A stretch of DNA of 64,000 nucleotides, taken from an uncultured Thermoleophilia bacterium (GTDB lineage: Bacteria; Actinomycetota; Thermoleophilia; UBA2241). Position numbers and translations under genes: made by a program. Of this stretch, positions 28,541-39,036 are shown one piece after another; position 1 is the first letter of the stretch, and the number at the start of each line of letters is the position of its first letter. A model generated the notes under the pieces. It searched no databases. It was given only the letters and a program-made list of their open reading frames with translations, and was not told where the DNA came from. Where the stretch lies: the NCBI GenBank assembly GCA_963702475.1, contig CAVPCT010000003.1, forward strand, positions 544,001-608,000, given 5' to 3'.

Positions 28541-31500
28541 ATGGCGACGCGAGGGATGCGGCGGGCGGCGCGCACGCTGGACAGGGCGAAGGGCAAGCTC
28601 GCCGCTATCCAGTTCGCGGCCGCGCTGTCCGGCCTTGAGGTCCTGCTGCGCACCACGGCCGCGCGGCACCCGCGGTTCGCTGCGCGGCTCAGGCAGCGCG
28701 ACCTGGTCGCGCTGATCCGCCTGGCCGACGGCAGCATCGCCCGTGCGTACTCCATCCGTGACGGCAGGGTCCGTTCCCGGTCGGGCCTGCACCCGTCGCC
28801 CGACCTCACGATGACCTTCGACTCGGCGGAGGTCGCCAACCGCGTGATGCGGCCTGACCGCGACTACCTCGAGTTCATCGACGCGCTCAAGAACTTCCAG
28901 ATGCACGTCGAGGGCCCCGACGATCTCGCCGTGTGGTTCTCGGAGACGCTCCAGTCGCTGCTCAGCGCCGGTCTCGAGTTCGGCACCGACGCGGGCGAAG
29001 GCGTGCGCCGCTACACGAGTAACACCAACGGCGGGCCCGGTCTTCGTCTACGTGCGAGGACGGCCGGATCCTGCGCATCACGCCAATCGAGTTCGACGCG
29101 GATGATGCGCAGCCGTGGACCATCCACGCACGCGGCACGGCGTTCACGCCGCCGCGCAAGACCACCGTCAGTTCGCACACGCTGGCCTGGAAGTCGCTGA
29201 TCTACTCGCCCGATCGCCTGCTCTACCCGATGAAGCGCGTGGACTGGGACCCGGACGGCGAGCGCAACCCGCAGAACCGCGGCGTCTCCGGATACGAGCG
29301 CATCGGCTGGGACGAGGCGCTCGACCTGGTGGTCGCGGAGATCAAGCGCGTGAAGCGCGAGCACGGGCCGGGCGCCATCATGAACGGCAGCGGCTCGCAC
29401 CACACCTGGGGCGTGCTCGGCTACTGGCTGAGCGCCCGCATCCGCTTCTTCAACATGCTGGGCTGGACCCCTGTGATGCACAACCCCGACAGCTGGGAGG
29501 GCTGGTACTGGGGCGCCGCCCACCATTGGGGCCAGACGGCGCGAAACGGCGGTGGCGAGACCTACGGCACGGTGGAGGACCTGCTGCGGCACGCGGAGAT
29601 GGTCGTGTTCTGGTCGTCCGACCCGGAGGCCACGAGCGGCGTGTATGGCGCGCACGACGGGACGATCCGCCGGCAGTGGCTCAAGGATCTCGGCATCCCG
29701 CTCGTGCACATCGACCCATACCACAACCACACGGCGTCCTGGATGGGGGGCAAGTGGCTGGCGCCGCGGCCGGGGACGGACAGCGCGCTCGTGCTGGCGA
29801 TCGCGCATGTGTGGATGACGGAGGGTCTCTACGACGCGGAGTACGTCGCCGAGCGGACCGTCGGGTTCGAGAAGTGGCGCGCCTACGTCCTCGGCGAGGA
29901 GGACGACGTCGCCAGAACGCCGGAGTGGCAGGAGGCAGAGACCGGCGTGCCCGCGCGCGAGGTGCGTGCGCTCGCGCGCGCGTGGGGCAAGAAGAAGACC
30001 TACCTCGCCGCCGGCGGCCTCGTCGGCTTCGGCGGCGCCTGCCGCACCGCCACCGGCACTGACTGGGCCCGCGGCGTGGTCTGCCTCATGGCCATGCAGG
30101 GTCTCGGTAAGCCGGGCGTGAACATGGGCTGCCTGCAACAGGGCACGCCGCTCGACACGCACTTCTTCTTTCCGGGGTACGCCGAGGGCGGTTACTCCGG
30201 TGACCTCTACGGCACCGCACTGAGCATCAACATGTACCAGCGCATGCCGCAGCTGCCCACCGTCAACACGGTGTCCCAGGTCGTGCCACGCCTCAGGATC
30301 CCCGAGGCCGTCATGGACGGCCACGTGGAGAGCTGGCCCACGGATTCGAAGTCGATCGAGGGCCAGTTCATGCGCTACGAGTACCCGGCCCCCGGTCACA
30401 GCGAGGTCAAGCTGTACTACAAGTACGGCGGCTCGCACTTCGGCACCATGGTCGACACCAACCGCTACGCGCGCATGTACCGCTCGGACAAGCTGGAGTG
30501 CGTCGTGAACCAGGCCATCTGGATGGAGGGCGAGACGAAGTTCGCCGACCTCATCCTGCCGGCGTGCACCAACTTCGAGCGCTGGGACATCAGCGAGTCC
30601 GCCAACTGCGGCGGCTACATCCAGCACGCCTACACGCAGTGCAACCACCGCGTGCTGGTCATGCAGCACAAGTGCATCGAGCCGCTCGGCGAGTCGCGCT
30701 CCGACCACCAGATCTTCCTCGACATCGCCACGCGGCTGGGCCTGGGGTCCATGTACTCCGAAGGCGTCACCGAGCTGGACTGGTGCAAGCGTCTCTTCGA
30801 CGGCACCGACCTGCCGCGGCGCGTCGGCTGGAAGGAGTTCCTGAAGAAGGGCTACTACGTGGTGCCGGCGCCGCCGGAGGAGCGGCGCGACCCCGTCTCG
30901 TACCGCTGGTTCGCCGAGGGCCGGCAGAAGGACACGCCGGAGCTCACGCCGCTGCCGGCCGACTACACGGGGGACTACGGGTACGGGCTCCAGACGCAGT
31001 CGGGCAAGCTCGAGTTCGAGGCGTCGAGCCTCAAGCGTTTCGACGCGGACGACCCCGAGCGCCCGCCGCTCATGAAGTACGTGCCGGCGTGGGAGGGTCC
31101 GCACGCCGCGGAGCTGTTCGCGAAGTACCCGCTGCAGCTCATCACCCCGCACCCCCGGCACAGCTTCCACACGCAGAGCGACGGCAAGCGCGCGGTGGTG
31201 AACGACGTCAAGGACCACCGCGTGCTGGTGGACGGCTACTACTACTGGGTGGTGCGGGTGAGCCCCGCCGACGCGGCGGCCCGGGGTCTGCGGCACCACC
31301 AGCTGGTCAAGGTCTTCAACGACCGCGGAGCGGTGATCTGCGCGGTCCAGCTGACGGAACGCGTCCCGCCCGGTACAGTGCACGCATACGAGTCGTCGGC
31401 CGTCTACGAGCCCATCGGCGAGCCGGGTGAGTCCCCGGACAGGGGCGGGTGCATGAACACGCTCACGCCGGGGCGCAGCATCATCCGCGCGTCGCACTCC

Positions 31501-31554
31501 CTGGCTGCGAACTCCTGCCTCGTGCAGGTGGAGGCCTGGACGCCGGACGACTGA
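28541..31554 (+). CDS. Transhydroxylase-like molybdoenzyme large subunit with N-terminal SCP2-like domain (paralog 3); two +1 frameshifts near 29039 and 29058
   Basis: ORF 28541 runs into TSNTNGGP; removing two G restores GGPVFVYVRDGRILRITP in frame with ORF 29230-31554 (SHHTWG, NPDSWEGWYWG, FPGYAEGG, NCGGY). Confidence 0.82.
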
Positions 31555-31616
31555 AGGACCGGGGCTGTACGCCCGCGGGGCCGGAGGCCCGGCGGGCGTA
31601 CGAAAGGGGTCGTCAG

Positions 31617-32411
31617 ATGGCACGAGCGACGGACGGACGCGGGGTCGACGCGGGGGGTGGGTCAGACAAGGGCGCCATGCAGGTGGTCACGAGGGCCGCC
31701 GCGGTGCTGGGCGCTCTCGCCGAGCCAGGCGGCGGCCGCAGTCTCGGGCAGCTGGCCGATCGCACCGGCCTGCCCAAGACGACGGTGCACCGCATCTGCA
31801 CCGCTCTCGAGAGCGTCGGGTACGTGCAGGTGGATCCGGCCACGGGACAGCGCGAGCTCGGCCCGGCGCTGCTGCGTCTCGCGGTGATCGGCCGGCGCGA
31901 CCTGCGCAGCGTTCTCGAGCCGCACCTGGCGCGCCTCTCCCACGACCTCAACGAGACGGTGGACCTCGCCGTGCTGGACGGAGGCAGCATCCTGTTCGTG
32001 GCCCAGCACCCCGCGCCGGAACGCGAGCTCATGGCCATCGCCAGGGTCGGGTTCCGCTTCCCCGCGTCGAGCATGGCCAGCGGCAAGGTGCTGCTGGCGC
32101 GACTGTCCGATGCGGAGCTCCGGCGCATGCTCCCATCGCGCCTTGAGCCGACCATCGACGGGCGCGTGAAGTCGCGCGACGAGTTCCTGCGCGAACTGGG
32201 GGAGGTGCGCCTCACCGGACTGGGCTACGAGCGCGAAGAGCTCCGGCACGGTATCTGCGCGGTGGCCGTCGCCGTGGTCGACGTGGACGGGCGCGCGGCC
32301 TCCGTGGCCGTACCGATGCCGGCCTCAAGGTTCACGCAGAGCGAGCAGGACGTGGCGGCGGCGCTGGTGCGCCTGCGCGACGACATCCAGGCCGAGCTCG
32401 GCGGCCGTTGA
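31617..32411 (+). CDS. IclR family transcriptional regulator 2
   Basis: QVVTRAA, GLPKTTVHRIC, NETVDLA, SGKVLLA. Confidence 0.92.
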   Translation: MARATDGRGVDAGGGSDKGAMQVVTRAAAVLGALAEPGGGRSLGQLADRTGLPKTTVHRICTALESVGYVQVDPATGQRELGPALLRLAVIGRRDLRSVLEPHLARLSHDLNETVDLAVLDGGSILFVAQHPAPERELMAIARVGFRFPASSMASGKVLLARLSDAELRRMLPSRLEPTIDGRVKSRDEFLRELGEVRLTGLGYEREELRHGICAVAVAVVDVDGRAASVAVPMPASRFTQSEQDVAAALVRLRDDIQAELGGR

Positions 32412-32556
32412 CGCGGCCGCCGAGGTGCCGGGACCGCGCACCGCTGCGGCAGGCCGGCACGTCCGCCGCCCGGCCATGGTGCGATCGGCTGGGCTCTCGG
32501 CCGGTCGTCGTACAGCCTGCCGCGCCTGCGCCCGGTCTCACGGGGAGGACAGATCG

Positions 32557-33318
32557 ATGAACGTGTTCGACATAGCCGGGCTGCGCGCGCTCGTGGTCGG
32601 GGCCGGCGGCCTCGGCGGCGCCATCGCCGCCGGCTTCGCGGCGCACGGCGCCGACGTGGCGGTCGCCGACGTGGACCTGGCGCGCGCCCGGGCGCTCGCC
32701 GCCCAGCTCGAGGCCGACGAAGTGGTGGCCGCCGGGGTGCGGGTGGACGTGACCGACGAGCACTCGGTCGCGGCCATGGTCGCGGCCGCCGTGGGCGCTC
32801 TCGGTGGCCTGGACACCCTCGTCAACGCCGCCGGCGTCACGGTGCGCAAGCGCGCCGAGGACCTCTCGCCGGGTGAGTGGCGCCGCATCCTCGACGTCAA
32901 CGCCACCGGCACGTTCCTGTGCTGCCAGGCCGCCGGCGCGCACATGGCAGGCTCCGGCGGCGGCGCCATCGTCAATCTGTCCTCGGTGCGCGGCCGCTAC
33001 GGGGCCACCTTCGGACAGGCGGAGTACTCGGCCAGCAAGGGCGCGGTGGACTCGCTCACGCGCTCGCTGGCCGCCCAGTGGGCCGAGCTCGGCATCCGCG
33101 TGAACGCGGTGGCGCCGACCTTCGTCGAGACCGATCTGACGCGCGCGGTCCTGGCCGACGAGGCCTTCGCGACCACGCTGCGCGCGAGCATCCCCATGGG
33201 GCGGTGGGCGGAGACCGCGGACGTCGTCGGCCCGGTGCTGTTCCTGGCTTCACCTGCATCCGCGTTCGTCACCGGACAGATCCTCTACGTGGACGGCGGT
33301 CTGACGGCTCGGGTGTAG
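32557..33318 (+). CDS. Short-chain dehydrogenase/reductase (likely NAD-preferring)
   Basis: GAGGLG, acidic ADVD after beta2, NAAG, YSASK. Confidence 0.9.
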   Translation: MNVFDIAGLRALVVGAGGLGGAIAAGFAAHGADVAVADVDLARARALAAQLEADEVVAAGVRVDVTDEHSVAAMVAAAVGALGGLDTLVNAAGVTVRKRAEDLSPGEWRRILDVNATGTFLCCQAAGAHMAGSGGGAIVNLSSVRGRYGATFGQAEYSASKGAVDSLTRSLAAQWAELGIRVNAVAPTFVETDLTRAVLADEAFATTLRASIPMGRWAETADVVGPVLFLASPASAFVTGQILYVDGGLTARV

Positions 33319-33372
33319 CTGCGCACGGCGGCTCTCCGCCCCTACGGCCCGCCCGCACCGGGCCGCCGAGTC

Positions 33373-33436
33373 TTGACCTCCTCCCGCCCCTGCACTACTG
33401 TTCGCATCACGGAATAGCTGTTCCGCATCGTGGTCA
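33373..33436 (+). promoter_or_regulatory. Promoter with tandem IclR-type operator
   Basis: TTGACC-N17-TACTGT, then ttcgcatcacggaa and gttccgcatcgtggtc; shares 17 bp (agctgttccgcatcgtg) with the 16250 promoter. Confidence 0.7.
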
Positions 33437-33602
33437 CCACCGTGTGAGGCAGCCGGTCGAGGAGGGCGGCCTCGAGACCGCGTGCACGACGCATCCCGGC
33501 TCCGGCGCGGTCCGCCGGGACGCTCATCGCCGTTCGATCGTCGCAAGTGTCCAGTGCAGCGCCATCCGCGTGGCTGCCGCAGGGAACGAGAGGAGAGGTG
33601 TC

Positions 33603-34400
33603 ATGGAGCGTGAGATCTGGAGCGTGGAGAAGATCCGCAGCCTGTTCGACATGACGGGCAAGACGGCGGTCGTGACCGGCGGCTCGGGGGCGTTCGGCGG
33701 CGAGGCCGCCAAGGCGCTCGCCGCCTACGGCGCCAACGTTGTGGTCACCAGCCGCCGCGCCGAGAGCCTCGAGTCGACCGCCGCCGCCATCAAGGAGGCC
33801 ACCGGCTCCGAGGTGCTGGCCGTGTCGTGCGACTGCGTCGACCCTGAGAGCGTCGAGGCCATGGTCCAGAAGACCGTGGACACGTTCGGCTCCGTCGACG
33901 TCCTCATCACCGCTGCCGGTCAGGCCAACCGCTTCGCCGCCGAGGAGTTCCCCATCGACGAGTGGCAGAAGGTCATGGACTCCCTCGTCAAGGGCACCTA
34001 CCTGTGCTGCCAGGCGGCCGGCAAGCGCATGATCGCCCAGGGCTCCGGCAAGATCATCACCGTCGGCTCCGTGCGCGGCGAGTTCGGGCACCCCGGCGGC
34101 TACTCCGCCTACGGCACCGCCAAGGGCGCCGTCCACCTGCTCACCAAGCAGCTCGCCACCGAGTGGGCCAAGTACCACATCAACGTGAACAGCATCGCCC
34201 CGTGCATCTTCTGGACGCCGCTCACGCAGCAGGTCATCGAGAACCCCGAGCTCAAGGCGATCTTCCTGTCGCGCATCCCTTGGGGCCGCGTGGCCGACCC
34301 CCAGGACTTCATGGGCGCCGTGCTGTACCTGTCGTCGGCCGCATCGGACTTCGTGACCGGCGCCATCATGGCGGTCGACGGCGGCAGCACCGCCGGCTGA
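33603..34400 (+). CDS. SDR, candidate NADPH-dependent phloroglucinol reductase
   Basis: TGGSGAFG, SRR after beta2 (NADP preference), YGTAK; context next to dehydrogenase, cyclase and BKACE. Confidence 0.8.
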   Translation: MEREIWSVEKIRSLFDMTGKTAVVTGGSGAFGGEAAKALAAYGANVVVTSRRAESLESTAAAIKEATGSEVLAVSCDCVDPESVEAMVQKTVDTFGSVDVLITAAGQANRFAAEEFPIDEWQKVMDSLVKGTYLCCQAAGKRMIAQGSGKIITVGSVRGEFGHPGGYSAYGTAKGAVHLLTKQLATEWAKYHINVNSIAPCIFWTPLTQQVIENPELKAIFLSRIPWGRVADPQDFMGAVLYLSSAASDFVTGAIMAVDGGSTAG

Positions 34401-34422
34401 GTCGCGACGCGGCGAGAGGAGG

Positions 34423-35370
34423 GTGACCGTGGCCAAGGAGAAGGTGGCCGTCATCGGCGCCGGCATGATGGGCGTCGGCATCGCGCAGATCTTCGCGCTC
34501 GCCGGGCACGAGGTGGCGCTGCAGGACGCCTTCTCCGAGGCGCTCGAGCGCTCCCCCTCGTCGCTGCGCGCGAACCTCACGTTCCTGGCTGAGAACGGGC
34601 TCGGCCGGCTCGACGACGTCGAGCCGGCCGTGGCTCGCGTGCGCACCACCGCCGACCTGGTGGAGGCGGTGCAGGGCGCGGCCTACGTGGTGGAGTGCGT
34701 CTTCGAGGACCTGGAGCTGAAGCGGGGACTGTTCGAGCAGCTCGACGAGCTGTGCCCGCCGGACACCATCCTGTGCACCAACACCTCGGTGATGAGCATC
34801 ACGCAGATCGCGGAGCGCGCGGTGCACAAGGAGCGGGTCGTCGGCACGCACTTCTGGAACCCGCCGTACCTCATCCCGCTGGTGGAGGTGGTGCGCACCG
34901 CGGACGTGGCCGACGAGGCCGTGGCCCGCGTCATGGACCTGCTGCGCAGCGTGGGCAAGCGACCGATCGACTGCAGAAAGGACGTGCCGGGGTTCGTGGC
35001 CAACCGCCTGCAGCACGCCCTGTGGCGCGAGGCCATCTCTCTCGTGGAGCACGGCATCGCCGACGCGGCCACCGTTGACGAAAGCATCCGCTTCGGCCCC
35101 GGCCTGAGGCTGCCGGTCCTCGCCCCCATGGAGAACGCCGACATGGTGGGCCTGGACCTCACGCTGGCCATCCACCAGTACATCCTGCCTCATCTCGAGG
35201 CGTCGGGAGAGCCGTCGCCGCTGCTCAAGGAGAAGGTGGCGGCCGGCGATCTCGGCTTCAAGACCGGGCACGGGTTCCAGGACTGGCCGCCGGAGAAGGC
35301 GGACGCATCGCGCCGGCGGCTCCTCGGCTACCTGGTGCACGTGCTCACCGACGACGAGAGGGGACGCTGA
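34423..35370 (+). CDS. 3-hydroxyacyl-CoA dehydrogenase family; candidate 3-hydroxy-5-oxohexanoate dehydrogenase
   Basis: GAGMMG, NTS, HFWNPPYLIPLVEV, PGFVANRLQ. Confidence 0.88.
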   Translation: MTVAKEKVAVIGAGMMGVGIAQIFALAGHEVALQDAFSEALERSPSSLRANLTFLAENGLGRLDDVEPAVARVRTTADLVEAVQGAAYVVECVFEDLELKRGLFEQLDELCPPDTILCTNTSVMSITQIAERAVHKERVVGTHFWNPPYLIPLVEVVRTADVADEAVARVMDLLRSVGKRPIDCRKDVPGFVANRLQHALWREAISLVEHGIADAATVDESIRFGPGLRLPVLAPMENADMVGLDLTLAIHQYILPHLEASGEPSPLLKEKVAAGDLGFKTGHGFQDWPPEKADASRRRLLGYLVHVLTDDERGR

Positions 35371-35437
35371 CGGCCGGCGGACGGCGCACCGCGAGGTGCC
35401 GAGCGCCTCGGCCGCGGCGCGCCGCAAGGAGCGCGGG

Positions 35438-36220
35438 GTGAGCGAGCGCCGTGACGGCGTGCAGGTGCTGGAGCGGGCGGCCCAGATGCTTCGCGCGCTC
35501 TCGGCCGAGCCCAAGGGGCTCACGCCCATCGAGCTGGCCGACCGCGTCGGGCTGCCGCGTTCCACGGCGTACCGCATCGTCGGCACCCTGGTCAACGAGG
35601 GCTTCGTGAGGGTGTCGCCCGGCGGCAAGCTCAGTATCGGTCCGGGCCTCATCAGCATCGCCACGGCGGGCCGCCGCGACCTGCGCCACGAGGCCGCGCC
35701 GTACCTCGAGCAGCTCTCGCACGAGCTGCACGAGACGGTCGAGCTCGTGGTGCTGGACGGCGGCGAGGCCCTGTTCACGAACCAGTTCATCTCGTCCCGC
35801 TCGCTGCGCGTGGTCGCGCAGGTGGGGGACCGCTTCCCGCTGTACTGCACGGCCTGCGGCAAGGCCCTGCTTGCCGAGCTCACGCCATCGGAGGCCGTGC
35901 GGCTGATCCCGGCCAGGCTCGAGCAGTACACGCCGCACACCGACGTCGACCGCGCGCGTCTGCTCGAAGAGCTCAACGAGGTGCGTGCCACCGGCGTGGC
36001 CTACGACCACCAGGAACACACCATCGGCGTCTCGGCCGTGGGGGCGGCGATCCGCGACGCGGCAGGCGCGCTGGCCGCGCTCACCGTGGTCATGCCGGCC
36101 GCCCGCCTTGACGGGCACGAGGAGCTCATCGCCGCAGCGGTGCTGCGTGTGCGCGACGAGATCCAGCGGGCGGTGAACGGCGACGCGCCCGCCGCCGGCC
36201 GCGCCGGCGCCGAGTCTTGA
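35438..36220 (+). CDS. IclR family transcriptional regulator 3
   Basis: VQVLERA, GLPRSTAYRI, PLYCTACGKALLA. Confidence 0.92.
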   Translation: MSERRDGVQVLERAAQMLRALSAEPKGLTPIELADRVGLPRSTAYRIVGTLVNEGFVRVSPGGKLSIGPGLISIATAGRRDLRHEAAPYLEQLSHELHETVELVVLDGGEALFTNQFISSRSLRVVAQVGDRFPLYCTACGKALLAELTPSEAVRLIPARLEQYTPHTDVDRARLLEELNEVRATGVAYDHQEHTIGVSAVGAAIRDAAGALAALTVVMPAARLDGHEELIAAAVLRVRDEIQRAVNGDAPAAGRAGAES

Positions 36221-36283
36221 CACTGGCTTCTCGGCGCGGGTAGCGTATCCACGATACGGCGAGTATGTTCCGTATCGCGGACC
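36217..36283 (+). promoter_or_regulatory. Promoter with tandem IclR-type operator
   Basis: TTGACA-N18-TAGCGT, then atccacgatacggc and gttccgtatcgcggacc. Confidence 0.7.
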
Positions 36284-36435
36284 AGCCGAGGGACCGACGG
36301 CCCCTCGTGAAGACATCGGCGCACGAGCCGCCGTTCGCCGCCGTGGGAGGTACGGTTCGTGAGTACCGGCCGCCGGTCCGGGCGCGAATGCCCGGCGGCC
36401 GAGTCAGCAACGAGACGAGGAGAAGAGGGACTGCC

Positions 36436-37395
36436 ATGGGCAACAAGGTATTCGTTGACCTCACACATCCGTTCAGCGCGGAGATCCCTCGGTGGCCGTA
36501 CTTTGTGAAGCCGGTCATCGACTCCATGCACACCCTGGCCAAGGGCGGCGTCCTCACGCAGCGCATCGACTGCGTGCAGCACACCGGCACCCACGCCGAC
36601 GCGCCTCGTCACGTCATGGAGCGCGAGTTCAACGGCAAGCGTGCCCGCTACACGCACGAGATGCCGGTCGACGCGTACACCGGCGACGCCGTCTGCCTCG
36701 ACATCCAGATCGAGAAGTGGGGCCTCATCCTGCCCAGGCACATCGAGGACGCCTGCGAGCGCGCGGACATCAAGCCCGATGAGCTCAAGGGCATGGTCCT
36801 CTGCCTCAACACCGGCATGCATCGCAAGTTCGACGACTCCATGGACTACTACCAGTACTCCTGCGGCACCGGCGTCGAGGCCGGCAGGTGGTTTGTCGAG
36901 AAGCAGGTCAAGTGCGTGGCCATGGACATGCAGGCCCTGGACCACCCTCTCCACACTGCTATGGGCAAGAACGGCCCGCCGCAGATGAACCTCCCCGGCG
37001 CCACCGGCCGCCCGATCACCGAGGAGTACGTCGAGCAGTTCGGCCTCGAGGCCTACGCCGAGTTCGAGAAGGCCGTCTACATCGAGGTGCACGGCCGGGA
37101 GGCCTACGACGCCAAGTTCGGCGACCTCGAGGCCATCGGCCTTGAGGGCACCTGGGAGCCCTGCCACAAGCAGATGCTCGGCCACGGCATCGTGGGCGTC
37201 GAGAACCTCGGCGGCGACCTGGACAAGGTCAAGGGCAAGCGGTTCCGCTTCTTCTGTTTCCCGATCCGCTGGTACATGGGCGACGGCTCCATGGTCCGCT
37301 GCGTCGCCGAGATCGACGAGGCCGACGTCAACGACGTGCCGGATCGCACGTACACCTACGCCGGCACCGGCTATGGTCCCGGAGCCGGCTACTGA
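36436..37395 (+). CDS. Cyclase (kynurenine formamidase-like) family hydrolase; candidate dihydrophloroglucinol cyclohydrolase
   Basis: DLTHP, HTGTHADAPRH, H...LGHGIVGVENLGG, GDGSMVR. Confidence 0.85.
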   Translation: MGNKVFVDLTHPFSAEIPRWPYFVKPVIDSMHTLAKGGVLTQRIDCVQHTGTHADAPRHVMEREFNGKRARYTHEMPVDAYTGDAVCLDIQIEKWGLILPRHIEDACERADIKPDELKGMVLCLNTGMHRKFDDSMDYYQYSCGTGVEAGRWFVEKQVKCVAMDMQALDHPLHTAMGKNGPPQMNLPGATGRPITEEYVEQFGLEAYAEFEKAVYIEVHGREAYDAKFGDLEAIGLEGTWEPCHKQMLGHGIVGVENLGGDLDKVKGKRFRFFCFPIRWYMGDGSMVRCVAEIDEADVNDVPDRTYTYAGTGYGPGAGY

Positions 37396-37526
37396 GGTCC
37401 GCCTTTCGCCCCCAGGGGCCGACAGCGTGGCGCCCGTCGGCGTTCGCCACGGGACGGCACCGACTGCGGCTGGCAGGGTTCGTTTTCGTTCAGAGAAGCC
37501 GGAGACGGCACGAGAAGGAGTGAGGC

Positions 37527-37877
37527 ATGGAAGTCACGCGCTACGACGAGGCCCCGAGCTACGAGGCCCCCGGGCATTTCGATGTGTACGGCCTGCGTGT
37601 GCAGGGCTTCGAGGTCACCAAGACCCGCAACTTCTCCGTGAGTATCTCCCACTTCCTCCCGCGTGGCGGCTGCGAGTACGGCGCCACCCCGATCGAGAAG
37701 GTGTACTTCGTGCTCGACGGTGAGGTCACGGTGAAGACCGAGGAGGGCGAGGTCGTGCTCAAGAAGTACGACTCCATCTACCTGGCCCCGAACGAGGCCC
37801 GTTCTATCCTGAACCACACCAACTCGCCGGCGACGATGCTGGTCGCTATGCCGTACCCCGAGCCGCGCGAGTTCTGA
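37527..37877 (+). CDS. Cupin domain protein
   Basis: SHFLPRGG...EKVYFVLDGE...DSIYLAPNEAR. Confidence 0.85.
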   Translation: MEVTRYDEAPSYEAPGHFDVYGLRVQGFEVTKTRNFSVSISHFLPRGGCEYGATPIEKVYFVLDGEVTVKTEEGEVVLKKYDSIYLAPNEARSILNHTNSPATMLVAMPYPEPREF

Positions 37878-37930
37878 CGGGGACCCGGCCGCTCCGCGGC
37901 CACGCACGCACCACCCTGGAGGAGGCCACC

Positions 37931-38761
37931 ATGACCAACCCCATCATCACGGCGGCGCTGACCGGTCCTGTCGCCACCAAGGCCGACAACCCCGGGCTGC
38001 CGGGCGGCGTGGCCGAGATCGCCGAGGCCGCGAAGGCGTCGTACGACGCCGGCGCGGCGGTCATCCACATCCACCTGCGCGACGACCGCGGCGAGATGAC
38101 CGCGGACCTCGACGTGGCGAAGCGCACCGTCGAGGCCGTCCGTGAAGTCTGCCCCGGCATCGTCCAGCTCTCCACCGGCGGCCTGCAGTTCACCTACGAG
38201 GAGCGCATGAGCCTCGTCGAGGCCAGGCCGGCCATGGCCACACTGAACCCGTGCACGATGACGTTCGGCATGGCCGAGTTCAAGAACCCGCCCAAGCAGA
38301 TGATGGAGCTGGCGGCGCGCATGATCGAGCTCGGGGTCAAGCCGGAGGTGGAGATCTACGACACCGGCCACCTCGACTTCATGCTGTACCTGCTGAAGAA
38401 GGAGCTGCTGCTGGAGCCACTGCAGGTGTCCTTCGTGATGGGCGTGCACGGCGGCATGCGCGGCGACCCCGCGCTGCTCTCCTGGCTGGTGCGCGAGTTG
38501 CCTGAGGGCACGAGCTGGCAGGTCATCGCCGTGGCCGGGGCCAACCTGCCCATGACCACCATCGGCCTCGCCATGGGCGGCAACGCGCGCACCGGCATGG
38601 AGGACACGCTGACACTCGAGAAGGGCGTGCCGGCGGAATCCAACGCGCAGCTTGTCGAGCGTCTCGTACGCATCGCCCGCTCGATGCAGCGCGAACCGGC
38701 CGCCGTGGCCGAGGTCGTCGAGCGGCTGAGGCTGCACCCCGAGCTGGTCAACCCGCAGTGA
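37931..38761 (+). CDS. BKACE/DUF849 beta-keto acid cleavage enzyme; candidate triacetate cleavage enzyme
   Basis: ITAALTG, GAAVIHIHLRD, QLSTGG, GGNARTGMEDT. Confidence 0.9.
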   Translation: MTNPIITAALTGPVATKADNPGLPGGVAEIAEAAKASYDAGAAVIHIHLRDDRGEMTADLDVAKRTVEAVREVCPGIVQLSTGGLQFTYEERMSLVEARPAMATLNPCTMTFGMAEFKNPPKQMMELAARMIELGVKPEVEIYDTGHLDFMLYLLKKELLLEPLQVSFVMGVHGGMRGDPALLSWLVRELPEGTSWQVIAVAGANLPMTTIGLAMGGNARTGMEDTLTLEKGVPAESNAQLVERLVRIARSMQREPAAVAEVVERLRLHPELVNPQ

Positions 38762-38768
38762 TCGTTGG

Positions 38769-38886
38769 GTCCGCTTAGCGGAACGGTAAGACCCGGATAT
38801 TCCGCTACGCGGACCGGCATCCTTGACAGCGGGTACGCGGGCAGTATGATGCCCGTATCGTGGGAACGACCGTCCGCATGGCGGAT
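38769..38886 (+). promoter_or_regulatory. Promoter with four IclR-type operator copies
   Basis: gtccgcttagcggaac, ttccgctacgcggac, TTGACA-N16-TATGAT, gcccgtatcgtggga, gtccgcatggcggat. Confidence 0.72.
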
Positions 38887-39036
38887 GGCAGCAGGGGAAG
38901 ATCCGGCGGCGCCCGGCGGCGGAAGAGTCATCGGCCGGCGCGTGTGCCCGGAAGGAGCAAGGACCCAAGGGGGGGTCCGACGGCAGAGGCTCGTGGTGAG
39001 CTTTCGCCTGCCCGAGGACCAGGACAAGGAGGCGGC

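Noticed and set aside
7263-31554. Selenocysteine recoding in the molybdoenzymes
   Set aside because: No in-frame TGA at the ligand positions; the ligands read as Asp or Ser.
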